From: an uncultured delta proteobacterium
GTDB taxonomy: Bacteria > Myxococcota_A > Polyangia > Fen-1088
Assembly (NCBI GenBank): GCA_963767925.1
Contig: CAVYGB010000009.1
Span: 256,214-320,213 of the forward strand
Length of the DNA: 64,000 nt
Reading direction: 5' to 3'
Shown here in pieces: positions 14,995-24,016 of the stretch; position 1 is the stretch's first letter, and each line of letters starts with the position of its first letter. Under the pieces are notes generated by a model that saw nothing but the letters and a program-made list of their open reading frames with translations, was not told the DNA's origin and made no database searches. Both the position numbers and the translations under genes were made by a program.

Positions 14995-17900
14995 ATGGGT
15001 GGGCGGATGCCGGTTCGAGCCTGCAGTGTCCCCGGCCAGCGGCCGGGCGGCGCCAGAGGAAATGGTAAGAAGCGGGGAGGGCGGCTCTCGGCCTGGGCCG
15101 CGGCGCTGCTGGCGGTCGCGGTCCAGAGCGCGCCGGCGGCGGCCGCGGTGCCGCTCGAGCTCAGCCACCAGGGCTACCTCGAGGACCTCGCCGAGAACCC
15201 GATCAACGGGACCCTCAGCTTCGTGTACCGGCTGTACGCGAGCGAGACCGGCGGGGCGGCGCTGTGGCAGGACACCTTCGCGGTGGCGGTCAGCAACGGC
15301 AACTACGCCGTGACGCTCGGTAGCCAGACCCGGTTGACCGTCGATTTGTTCAAGCAGCCGCTCTTCCTGGAGATCGAGATCGGCGGCGAGGCGCTCAGCC
15401 CGCGCGTCGAGCTGACCTCCGTCCCCTACGCGATCGCCGCGCGCACCAGCGACAACGCGACCGGGGACCTCACGCCGAAGAGCGTGACGGTCGGGGGGCA
15501 GGTGGTGATCGATCCGAGCGGCCGCTGGGTGGGCCCGGCGGCCAACCTGCCGGGACCGGTCGGTCCAACCGGACCGGTGGGCGCGGCGGGCCTGCCGGGG
15601 GAACCCGGCGCGACCGGAGAAGCGGGTCCCGAGGGCCCCGCCGGCGCGCCCGGCGGCGAAGGGGCGATCGGCTCGACCGGCCCCTCGGGGGCGGTGGGCG
15701 CGACCGGGGCCCAGGGTTCGCCCGGGCTGCTGGGGCGCGGGCCGTTCTCGGCGGTCGTGCTCTACCTGATCGACGACGTCGTCACGAGCGGAGGCTCGAC
15801 CTACCTGTGCCGGAGCGCGAGCGCCTGCGCGGGGCAGGCCCCGCCCGAAGGCGGCAACGACGACTGGCACCTGCTGGCGCAGCTCGGGGCGACGGGGGCA
15901 GCCGGGGCGGTGGGGCCGGCCGGCCCCGCGGGACCCGCCGGCGCGCCGGGGGAGCCAGGCGCCACGGGCGCGCCGGGGACGCCGGGGGAAACCGGCGCCA
16001 CGGGCGTGGCGGGGCCGACCGGCCCCGCGGGCGCAGCCGGACCGGCGGGCACACCGGGTGCGACGGGTGCGACGGGCGCGGTCGGCGCGACCGGGCTCCC
16101 GGGCGCGGTGGGCGCGAGCTGGCGTGGACCGTTCAGCGCGGTGCTGGGCTACCAAGCGGGCGACGTCGTCGCCTCCGCCGGGTCGAGCTACATCGCCCGG
16201 CGGGCGGTCGGACCGAGCGCCTCGCCGCCGGCCGAGGGCGAGGACTGGGACCTGGTGGCCCGCGCGGGCGCGACCGGCGCGATCGGCGCGACCGGTGCCA
16301 CCGGCGCGCCAGGCGCCGCGGGCCCCGTCGGCGCCACCGGAGCGGAAGGCCCGGGCGGCGCGACGGGCGCCGAAGGTGCGGTCGGACCGACGGGACCGGG
16401 TGGCCCTGCGGGCGCCACCGGTGAGCCCGGCGCGACAGGTCCGGAGGGCGCCGCGGGCGCGATCGGCGCGGTCGGGGCGACGGGGGCCACCGGGGCGACG
16501 GGCGCGATCGGAGCGACGGGGCCCCAGGGCGCGGTGGGCGCGAGCTGGCAGGGCGCCTGGAGCGCGGTGATGGGGTACGAGGCGGGCGACGTTGTTCGGT
16601 CGGACGGGTCGAGCTTCCTCGCCCGGCGCGCGGTCGAGGCAGGCGCCACGCCGCCCGCGCCGGGTGCCGACTGGGACGTCCTGGCAGAGGCCGGCGCGAC
16701 GGGCGCCGAGGGGCCCGCTGGCGCGACGGGCGCGCCCGGGGAGGTGGGGCCCACGGGCGCCACCGGCGCCACCGGCGCGACGGGCGCCCTGGGTGCGACA
16801 GGCGCCGAGGGCGCGGTGGGGCCCGCCGGCGCCACCGGTGAGCCCGGCGCGACGGGGCCGGAAGGCCCGGTGGGCGCGACCGGTCCGGCTGGCCCGGCCG
16901 GCGCGCCGGGCGCCGAGGGGCCCGCCGGAGCGAGGGGGGCTGCTGGGCCCGCCGGCGCGACCGGTGCGGTGGGGGCGACGGGCGCGACGGGTGCCGAGGG
17001 TCCCGCCGGTGCGACAGGCGCCGAAGGTCCGGCTGGCCCGGCCGGCGCGGCGGGCGCGATCGGACCGGTGGGGGCGGCCGCGCGGGGACCGTGGAGCGCG
17101 GTGACCGCCTACGACCCCGGCGAAGTCGTCGGCTTTCAGGGCTCGAGCTTCGTGGCTCGGCGGTCGATCGAAGCGAGCGGCACGCCGCCTGCGACCGGGC
17201 CCGACTGGGACCTCGTGGCGGCAGCGGGTGCGCCGGGCGCGACAGGCGCGGCGGGTCCCGGGGGTGCGCAGGGGACTCCCGGCGCGACCGGACCGATCGG
17301 TCCTACGGGCGAGCCAGGCGCGGCGGGCGCCGAAGGCGCCGCCGGCCCCGCTGGCGCGCGAGGACCCACCGGGCCGACGGGCGCGACCGGGGCCGCCGGT
17401 CCTGCTGGTGCGCCGGGCGCAGCCGGTGTGGCGGGTGAGCCGGGCGCCACCGGTCCGACGGGCGCCACCGGTCCGACGGGAGACGCCGGTCCGACCGGTC
17501 CCCCGGGCGCGCCGGGCGGCCCCGGACCGGCGGGCGCGACGGGCGTGGGCCTGCGCTGGGTCGGCGCCTGGAGCGCGGTTGTCGGCTTCGTCGAGGACGA
17601 CGTCGTGCGCTCGGGCGGATCGAGCTACGTCGCCCGCCGGGCGGTCGCGCCGAGCGCGACGCCACCGGCGGTGGGCGCGGACTGGGACCTGATCGCCCAG
17701 CAGGGCGCGCGGGGGCCGACGGGACAGATCGGATCGACGGGCGTGCCCGGGGCAACTGGCGAACCCGGTCCGACCGGGCCTGCTGGCGCGACGGGCGCCG
17801 TCGGTGCGACCGGAACCGCTGGCCCGCCCGGCGCGGCGGGCGTGGCGGGGCCGCCCGGCGCGACAGGTGAGTCCGGTGCCGCGGGCGCAGCCGGTGTGGC

Positions 17901-18840
17901 AGGTGAGCCCGGCGCGCCGGGACCGATCGGTCCGCCCGGCGCGACCGGCGCGCCAGGTCCTGCGGGCGAACCCGGCGCGACCGGCGCGCCGGGTTCGCCC
18001 GGCGCCGACGAGACGCTGGGGATGCGCTGGCAGAGCACCTGGACCGCGGTCGTCAGCTACGACGCGGGCGACATAGTCCACGCGGGCGGATCCAGCTACC
18101 TCGCCCGGCGCGCGGTCGCGGCCAGCGCCACCGCGCCCGCGGTGGGGGACGACTGGGATCTCCTCGCCGCGGGAGGCGCGGCGGGTGCGGCCGGCGCGGC
18201 CGGAACCCCGGGCGCCACCGGTCCGGCGGGCGCCACCGGTCCGGCGGGGGCCACGGGGCCGACCGGTGCGACGGGCGCGTCGGGCGCAGCCGGCCTCGCG
18301 GGGGCCATCGGCGCGACGGGAGCCACCGGGTCGATCGGCGCTACCGGCGCGCGCGGGCCGACCGGATTTACGGGTGGCACCGGGGCAGTGGGCGCGACCG
18401 GGCCGATCGGCGCGACCGGGGCCACCGGGACGGCGGGCGGTTCGGGGGCCGCCCTCCTCATCATGGGGCGGGCAAACGGCCTCTCCCTGACGCCCGACAA
18501 CTATTCCCTCTACCTCAATCCGGTGACCGGGGCGCCCTCCTCGTATTACGGCACCGATGTGCTCATGCCGAGAACGTGCCTGATCCGGAGGATGCACGCC
18601 CGGGTCATCAACCCCTCCCAGAGCGGGACCGTCGTCATCGCGATGTCCAGACCCCCGATCATCGGTCCCATCGGGTGCACGATGACCATGGTGGCCGGGC
18701 AGACCACAACCTGCTCGGCCGACATCTCCGTCACCAACGGGAACTTCACGGCCGGCCACACCACCTCCGTACGGGTCGTGGTCAGCGGCACGACCGGGGC
18801 AACGACGCTCAGCGTGCTCTGGGCGGCGGCTTGCGACTAG
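14995..18840 (+). CDS. Secreted collagen-like fibre protein, chain B
   Basis: GAGGAGG RBS before ATG 14995; signal ending APAAAA|VP; same architecture as chain A; head ends CD*. Confidence 0.93.
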   Translation: MGGRMPVRACSVPGQRPGGARGNGKKRGGRLSAWAAALLAVAVQSAPAAAAVPLELSHQGYLEDLAENPINGTLSFVYRLYASETGGAALWQDTFAVAVSNGNYAVTLGSQTRLTVDLFKQPLFLEIEIGGEALSPRVELTSVPYAIAARTSDNATGDLTPKSVTVGGQVVIDPSGRWVGPAANLPGPVGPTGPVGAAGLPGEPGATGEAGPEGPAGAPGGEGAIGSTGPSGAVGATGAQGSPGLLGRGPFSAVVLYLIDDVVTSGGSTYLCRSASACAGQAPPEGGNDDWHLLAQLGATGAAGAVGPAGPAGPAGAPGEPGATGAPGTPGETGATGVAGPTGPAGAAGPAGTPGATGATGAVGATGLPGAVGASWRGPFSAVLGYQAGDVVASAGSSYIARRAVGPSASPPAEGEDWDLVARAGATGAIGATGATGAPGAAGPVGATGAEGPGGATGAEGAVGPTGPGGPAGATGEPGATGPEGAAGAIGAVGATGATGATGAIGATGPQGAVGASWQGAWSAVMGYEAGDVVRSDGSSFLARRAVEAGATPPAPGADWDVLAEAGATGAEGPAGATGAPGEVGPTGATGATGATGALGATGAEGAVGPAGATGEPGATGPEGPVGATGPAGPAGAPGAEGPAGARGAAGPAGATGAVGATGATGAEGPAGATGAEGPAGPAGAAGAIGPVGAAARGPWSAVTAYDPGEVVGFQGSSFVARRSIEASGTPPATGPDWDLVAAAGAPGATGAAGPGGAQGTPGATGPIGPTGEPGAAGAEGAAGPAGARGPTGPTGATGAAGPAGAPGAAGVAGEPGATGPTGATGPTGDAGPTGPPGAPGGPGPAGATGVGLRWVGAWSAVVGFVEDDVVRSGGSSYVARRAVAPSATPPAVGADWDLIAQQGARGPTGQIGSTGVPGATGEPGPTGPAGATGAVGATGTAGPPGAAGVAGPPGATGESGAAGAAGVAGEPGAPGPIGPPGATGAPGPAGEPGATGAPGSPGADETLGMRWQSTWTAVVSYDAGDIVHAGGSSYLARRAVAASATAPAVGDDWDLLAAGGAAGAAGAAGTPGATGPAGATGPAGATGPTGATGASGAAGLAGAIGATGATGSIGATGARGPTGFTGGTGAVGATGPIGATGATGTAGGSGAALLIMGRANGLSLTPDNYSLYLNPVTGAPSSYYGTDVLMPRTCLIRRMHARVINPSQSGTVVIAMSRPPIIGPIGCTMTMVAGQTTTCSADISVTNGNFTAGHTTSVRVVVSGTTGATTLSVLWAAACD

Positions 18841-18857
18841 CGCCACCGGGGGACGTC

Positions 18858-21800
18858 ATGGGTGGAAAGTCGGGAAGTGACGCTGGGAAGCACGGGTCCT
18901 CGGCAAAACGTGGGGCGGAAACCATGAAACGGTGCGGACGGCGGGGGCAGAAGATCGCGGGCTGGGCGGCGGCGCTCGTGGCCCTGGCGTTTCAGAGCGC
19001 GCCGGCGGGGGCGGTGCCCCTCGAGCTGATCCACGAGGGCTATCTCGTGGACGGCAGCAACACCCCGGTCAGCGGGAGCGTGACCATCGACTACCGGCTG
19101 TTCGCCAGCCCCTCGGGCGGGACGGCGCTGTGGTCGGACACCTTCGCGGTCGCGGTCGAGGCCGGGGCCTACGTCGTGCTCCTCGGCAGCCAGACGCCGC
19201 TGACCGCCGAGCTGTTCAGTCAGCACCTGTTCGTCGAGGTGACGATCGGCGGCGACACGCTCGAGCCGCGCACGCAGCTCACCTCCGTCCCCTTCGCCAT
19301 CGCCGCGGGCACCGCCGAGAACGCGACCGGCGACCTGACGCCGAGGAGCGTGGCGGTGGGCGGCCAGGTGGTCATCGACCGCATGGGCCGCTGGGTGGGC
19401 TCGTCGGAGGGCGTGGTCGGGCCCGAAGGTCCGGCGGGCGCGGCGGGGCCGATGGGACCGCCGGGGCAAACCGGCGACGCCGGGGAGATCGGCCCGGCCG
19501 GCCCGACCGGCGCGGTGGGCCCGACCGGCGCCCAGGGAGCGATCGGTCCCACCGGCGCGGTGGGCGCGACCGGGACCACCGGCCGGGTCGGGCTGCGGTG
19601 GCAAGGGCCGTATTCGTCGGTGATCCAGTACGGGATCGACGACGTCGTCTCGGAGGCGGGCGCGTCGTTCGTGTGCCGGAGCGCGAGCGCCTGCGCGGGC
19701 CAGGCGCCCCCGGAGGCGGGCAACGCCGAGTGGCACCTGCTGGCCGCGCTCGGAGCCACCGGAGCCACCGGGCCGACCGGCGTCGCTGGCCCGGCCGGTC
19801 CTGCGGGCGCCGCGGGCGAGCCTGGCGCGACGGGGGCGGCCGGCCCGCCCGGTGAGCCCGGCGCGATCGGCGCGGCCGGTCCGATCGGGCTGGAGGGCGC
19901 GGCCGGTCCCGCGGGCGACAGCGGCGCGACCGGTGCGACGGGGGCCGCCGGCGAGGCCGGTGCGGCGGGGCGCCCGGGGCTGCGCTGGCAGGGATGGTGG
20001 AGCGCGGTGGTCAACTACGAAGTCGACGACGTTGTCGGCTCGGGCGGCTCGAGCTACCTCGCCCGGCAGACGGTCGCGGCCAGCGCCATCCCTCCGGGCG
20101 AGCGGGAAGACTGGGAGCTGCTGGCCGGGGCGGGCGCGAGCGGCCCGACCGGCCCGACCGGCCAGCCCGGCGCGACCGGCGCAACCGGACCGGCGGGTGA
20201 GCCCGGCGCGCCCGGGGCTCCCGGTGCGGTCGGCGCGACTGGCGCGACGGGCGCAACCGGCGCGGCAGGTCCGGAAGGGGCGACCGGCGCCACCGGTCCC
20301 GCGGGCCTCCCGGGAATCCCCGGCGCCGAGGGCGCGGTGGGGCCGGAGGGCGCGACCGGCGCGACCGGGGCCGTCGGGGCCACCGGTGTCACCGGCGCGC
20401 TGGGCTTCCGGTGGCAGGGGCCCTGGAGCGCAGTGGTCGGCTACGAGCCGAACGAGGTCGTCGGCTCCGGCGGCGCGAGCTTCGTGGCCCGGCGGCCGGT
20501 CGCGGCGAGCGCGACCCCACCCGTGGCTGGCGACGACTGGGACCTCGTCGCGCCAGGCGGTGCAACCGGGGCGACGGGCGCGACCGGAGCGACCGGTCCG
20601 GCCGGCGCGCTGGGCGCTGAGGGTGCGGTCGGCGCGGTCGGCGCGACCGGTCCCCAGGGTGAGACCGGCGCTGAGGGTGCGACCGGCGCACCGGGTGCAG
20701 CGGGCCCGGCCGGCGCCACCGGCGCACAGGGTCTCATCGGCGAGACGGGCCCGGCTGGCCCGATCGGCGAGACCGGCGCGACAGGTCCCGCGGGCGCGAC
20801 CGGCGCGGTCGGCCCCGCCGGGGCGACGGGCGCCAGCGGTCCGACCGGCCCGACCGGCCCGACCGGCGCGGAAGGCCAGGTGGGCGCCACCGGCTCTCCG
20901 GGCGCGCCCGGTGCAGCGGGCGCGACCGGCCCGGCCGGGGCCACCTGGCAGGGCGCCTGGAGCGCGGTCGTCGAATACGTCGCCAGCGACATCGTCGAAT
21001 CGGGCGGCGCGAGCTTCGTGGCCCGGCGGCTCGTCGCGCCGAGCGCCACGCTGCCGGCGGTGGGTGCCGACTGGTATCTCGTCGCGCAGGCCGGTCAGGC
21101 CGGGGAGACCGGTCCCACCGGTCCCGGCGGATCGACGGGCGAGCCGGGGGCCACCGGCGAGGCCGGCCCGCCAGGTGAATCCGGCGCCACCGGCGCACCG
21201 GGCGCGCAGGGTCCGGCAGGCCCGCTGGGCGCCACCGGGTCGTCCGGCATTCCGGGTGAGACCGGCCCCGCGGGTGAACCGGGCGCGACGGGCCCCGCCG
21301 GGGCGACCGGTCCCACGGGCCCCGCGGGTGCGTTCGGCGCGGCCGGCCCCGCGGGTGCACCCGGCGAGACGGGTCCGCCCGGCGCGACCGGGCCCACCGG
21401 GGCGACCGGCCGCTCGGCGCGCTGGCAAGGCGCCTGGAGCGCGGTCGTCAACTACGAGGCCGAGGACATCGTTGGCTCGGCCGGCTCGAGCTATATCGCC
21501 CGGCGCGCGGTCGCGGCCAGCGCGACGCCGCCGGCCGAGGGCGACGACTGGGACGTCGTCGCGGAGACCGGGGCCGCCGGCAACGCAGGCGCGATCGGCC
21601 CGGCCGGCGCGCCGGGTGAAACTGGCCCCGCCGGTCCGGCGGGGCTCGCGGGGACCACCGGGCCTACCGGCGCGGCGGGTGAACCGGGGCCAGCGGGCGC
21701 GACCGGCGCCACCGGTCCGGCCGGCGCGACGGGTGGGCAAGGGCCCCCGGGTGCGGCCGGTCTTGCGGGGCCGACCGGCGAGCCGGGCGCCAGCGGGCCG

Positions 21801-22679
21801 ACGGGTCCGGCCGGCGCCACCGGTCTGGCAGGAGGCAACGGTCCCGCGGGCGCCGCCGGGGCGGCAGGTGTCCCCGGGACGCTGGCCGCGAGCTGGCGCG
21901 GGGCCTGGAACGCCCTCACCGCCTACGAACCGAACCACGTCGTCCACTCGGAGGGCGGAAGCTTTCTCGCTCGGCGGGCGGTCGCGGCCAGCGGGGTGGC
22001 GCCGGTCGAGGGCGCCGACTGGGCCCTGCTCGTCCAGGGGGGCGCGGCCGGGGTGGCGGGTCCCCCCGGTGCGGCAGGCGCCGCTGGCCCCGCCGGCGCG
22101 GCGGGGGCAACCGGCCCGGCGGGCAGCGCCGGACCGGCCGGCGCCAGCGGGGTCGCCGGGGTCAACGGAGCCCAGGGCGCCACCGGGGCGACCGGGCCCG
22201 CCGGCGGCGGCGGCCCGGCGGGCCCCACCGGGGTTCAAGGCGCAACCGGGCCGACCGGAGCCACGGGCGCGACGGGGTTCACCGGGGCGACCGGCATCGG
22301 CGGACCGCGCGTGATCAACCTGGCGGGTCGCTCGATCTCGTTCTCCGGCACTACCTATTACAACCTGAGGTCCGGGGTCCCCACCCGGACGGGCCCGGAG
22401 CTGGTCGAGATGCTCATGCCGCGCGCCTGCACGGTCAAAGCCCTGCACATCGAGATTCGTGCCGCCTCCGCCTTCACCAGCGGCACGTACACCGTGCTCA
22501 AGAACGGCCTGGCCACCAGCATGGCCTGCGTCATCACCAACGTGGCGGCAACTGCCTACGGTTCTTGCTCCGACACGACAAACACCATCCCGTTTGCGGA
22601 GCTCGACACGATCGCCCTGCAGAGCGTGACCGGAGGATCCTCCGCCCCCAGCGTGTTTCACTCGATCCAGTGCCATTGA
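18858..22679 (+). CDS. Secreted collagen-like fibre protein, chain C
   Basis: ATG 17 bp after the chain B stop; signal ending APAGA|VP; same architecture; head ends CH*. Confidence 0.93.
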   Translation: MGGKSGSDAGKHGSSAKRGAETMKRCGRRGQKIAGWAAALVALAFQSAPAGAVPLELIHEGYLVDGSNTPVSGSVTIDYRLFASPSGGTALWSDTFAVAVEAGAYVVLLGSQTPLTAELFSQHLFVEVTIGGDTLEPRTQLTSVPFAIAAGTAENATGDLTPRSVAVGGQVVIDRMGRWVGSSEGVVGPEGPAGAAGPMGPPGQTGDAGEIGPAGPTGAVGPTGAQGAIGPTGAVGATGTTGRVGLRWQGPYSSVIQYGIDDVVSEAGASFVCRSASACAGQAPPEAGNAEWHLLAALGATGATGPTGVAGPAGPAGAAGEPGATGAAGPPGEPGAIGAAGPIGLEGAAGPAGDSGATGATGAAGEAGAAGRPGLRWQGWWSAVVNYEVDDVVGSGGSSYLARQTVAASAIPPGEREDWELLAGAGASGPTGPTGQPGATGATGPAGEPGAPGAPGAVGATGATGATGAAGPEGATGATGPAGLPGIPGAEGAVGPEGATGATGAVGATGVTGALGFRWQGPWSAVVGYEPNEVVGSGGASFVARRPVAASATPPVAGDDWDLVAPGGATGATGATGATGPAGALGAEGAVGAVGATGPQGETGAEGATGAPGAAGPAGATGAQGLIGETGPAGPIGETGATGPAGATGAVGPAGATGASGPTGPTGPTGAEGQVGATGSPGAPGAAGATGPAGATWQGAWSAVVEYVASDIVESGGASFVARRLVAPSATLPAVGADWYLVAQAGQAGETGPTGPGGSTGEPGATGEAGPPGESGATGAPGAQGPAGPLGATGSSGIPGETGPAGEPGATGPAGATGPTGPAGAFGAAGPAGAPGETGPPGATGPTGATGRSARWQGAWSAVVNYEAEDIVGSAGSSYIARRAVAASATPPAEGDDWDVVAETGAAGNAGAIGPAGAPGETGPAGPAGLAGTTGPTGAAGEPGPAGATGATGPAGATGGQGPPGAAGLAGPTGEPGASGPTGPAGATGLAGGNGPAGAAGAAGVPGTLAASWRGAWNALTAYEPNHVVHSEGGSFLARRAVAASGVAPVEGADWALLVQGGAAGVAGPPGAAGAAGPAGAAGATGPAGSAGPAGASGVAGVNGAQGATGATGPAGGGGPAGPTGVQGATGPTGATGATGFTGATGIGGPRVINLAGRSISFSGTTYYNLRSGVPTRTGPELVEMLMPRACTVKALHIEIRAASAFTSGTYTVLKNGLATSMACVITNVAATAYGSCSDTTNTIPFAELDTIALQSVTGGSSAPSVFHSIQCH

Positions 22680-22758
22680 AGCTGGGTCGCGGGGTTTCAT
22701 GAATATCGGGACATGTCGTTGCCCGTGCGACCGCGCGTACAACCAGGACGCATTCTGA

Positions 22759-22803
22759 TTTTTCCAGATGGGATTCCTGGGCTTCTGAAGGACGTGTTTA
22801 AAT
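22759..22803 (+). promoter_or_regulatory. Promoter-like motif, copy 2 (upstream of lipoprotein-FKBP)
   Basis: TTTTT-N6-GGGATTCC-N12-GGACGTGTTTAAAT. Confidence 0.5.
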
Positions 22804-22840
22804 GAGGTTCTCGTTCGACGGTGAAGGGGAGGGAGGCGTG

Positions 22841-23137
22841 ATGGGTGCAGGTGTTGTGACCCGAGCGGCGCGCGCGCTGGTGGTGCTGGCGTTCTTCGCG
22901 ACCGGCTGCCCCGACCAGTGGGAGCCGCCCATCCTCAAGCCCGGTCCGGGGAACCCGCCGGTCGAGCAGCCGCCCGACCCCCTGGGTGAGGGGTTCCGGA
23001 CGACGGGCCCGGGCACCCAGCGCAGCTCGGCCCTGGTCAACGAGGGCACGATGTCGGCGGTCAAGGTGACCGAGCAGCGCGGCCGGCGGTATCGGACCAA
23101 GTCGAGCTTCCGGGTCAAGCGCACGGTCGTGCCCTGA
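22841..23137 (+). CDS. Small lipoprotein of unknown function
   Basis: GGGAGG RBS; leader LVVLAFFATG|C; Pro-rich linker; basic beta-like tail YRTKSSFRVKRTVVP. Confidence 0.75.
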   Translation: MGAGVVTRAARALVVLAFFATGCPDQWEPPILKPGPGNPPVEQPPDPLGEGFRTTGPGTQRSSALVNEGTMSAVKVTEQRGRRYRTKSSFRVKRTVVP

Positions 23138-23212
23138 GGGCGCGCGCGGCCGGTCTGAAGATGGTGGGGCGATGCCCCTGGATGAATGACGACGAAGAGG
23201 GAGGGTGACGCG

Positions 23213-23839
23213 ATGGAGGTCCGAACCTGGTTGGGGCGAGCAGCGATTGTCGGGGCGGCTTTGCTGCTGTCCGCCTGTGACAGCGGAAAGAGCGACGACA
23301 ACAGCCAGCGGCCCGATCCGGCCAAGCCCGGCGCCTCACCGGCGACCAGCCTCGGCGCGCCCGAAGACGTGGCCGCTCCCCCGGCCGGCGCCGAGACGAG
23401 CGCCTCCGGCCTGGCCTGGAAGATCCTGCAACCCGGCACCGGCAAGGAGCACCCCGGGATGAACGACTTCGTCGAGGTCCACTACACGGGCTGGACCCCG
23501 CAGGGCAAGATGTTCGACTCGAGCGTGGCCCGCGGCGAGACCACCCGGTTTCCGCTCGGGCGGGTCATCAAGGGCTGGACCGAGGGCCTGCAGCTCATGA
23601 CCGTCGGTGAAAAGCGCCGCTTCTGGATCCCCGGCAAGCTGGCCTACGGCGACACCCCCACCCGCCCCGGCACCCTGGCCGGCATGCTGGTGTTCGACGT
23701 CGAGCTGATCTCGTTCCGCGCTCTCCCGCCCCCCGCCGCCGCGCCCACCCTGGTCCCCGCGAGCGACACAACCAGCCCCCGCCTCAAGACCGAGAAGGCG
23801 CGAGGCAAGAGCCCGGCCAGCGAGTCCAGCAAGCGCTGA
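23213..23839 (+). CDS. FKBP-type peptidyl-prolyl cis-trans isomerase, lipoprotein
   Basis: Lipobox LLSA|C; VEVHYTGW, FDSS, VIKGWTEGLQLM, RRFWIPGKLAYG, LVFDVEL. Confidence 0.95.
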   Translation: MEVRTWLGRAAIVGAALLLSACDSGKSDDNSQRPDPAKPGASPATSLGAPEDVAAPPAGAETSASGLAWKILQPGTGKEHPGMNDFVEVHYTGWTPQGKMFDSSVARGETTRFPLGRVIKGWTEGLQLMTVGEKRRFWIPGKLAYGDTPTRPGTLAGMLVFDVELISFRALPPPAAAPTLVPASDTTSPRLKTEKARGKSPASESSKR

Positions 23840-24016
23840 CCGGCGCGATCACCTGGCGGGTCCAACCATGAACCTGCTCGCTCGATCCCGCAGCGCCCGC
23901 GGCGCGGGCGCTCCTCCCCGCACGGCCCTCACCCGAGCCGCCCGGGGACAGCGTCGCCCGTCGCCACCAGTGCGGGCTCGGTTCGACGTTGCCCACGGGC
24001 GGCTGGGGGGCTCTCG

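Noticed and set aside
11207..22679. Collagen genes as prophage tail fibres
   Set aside because: All three have Sec-type signal peptides, and there are no capsid, terminase, baseplate or lysis genes nearby
14588..22679. Diversity-generating retroelement acting on the variable heads
   Set aside because: No reverse transcriptase and no template/variable repeat pair with adenine-specific differences seen in the window
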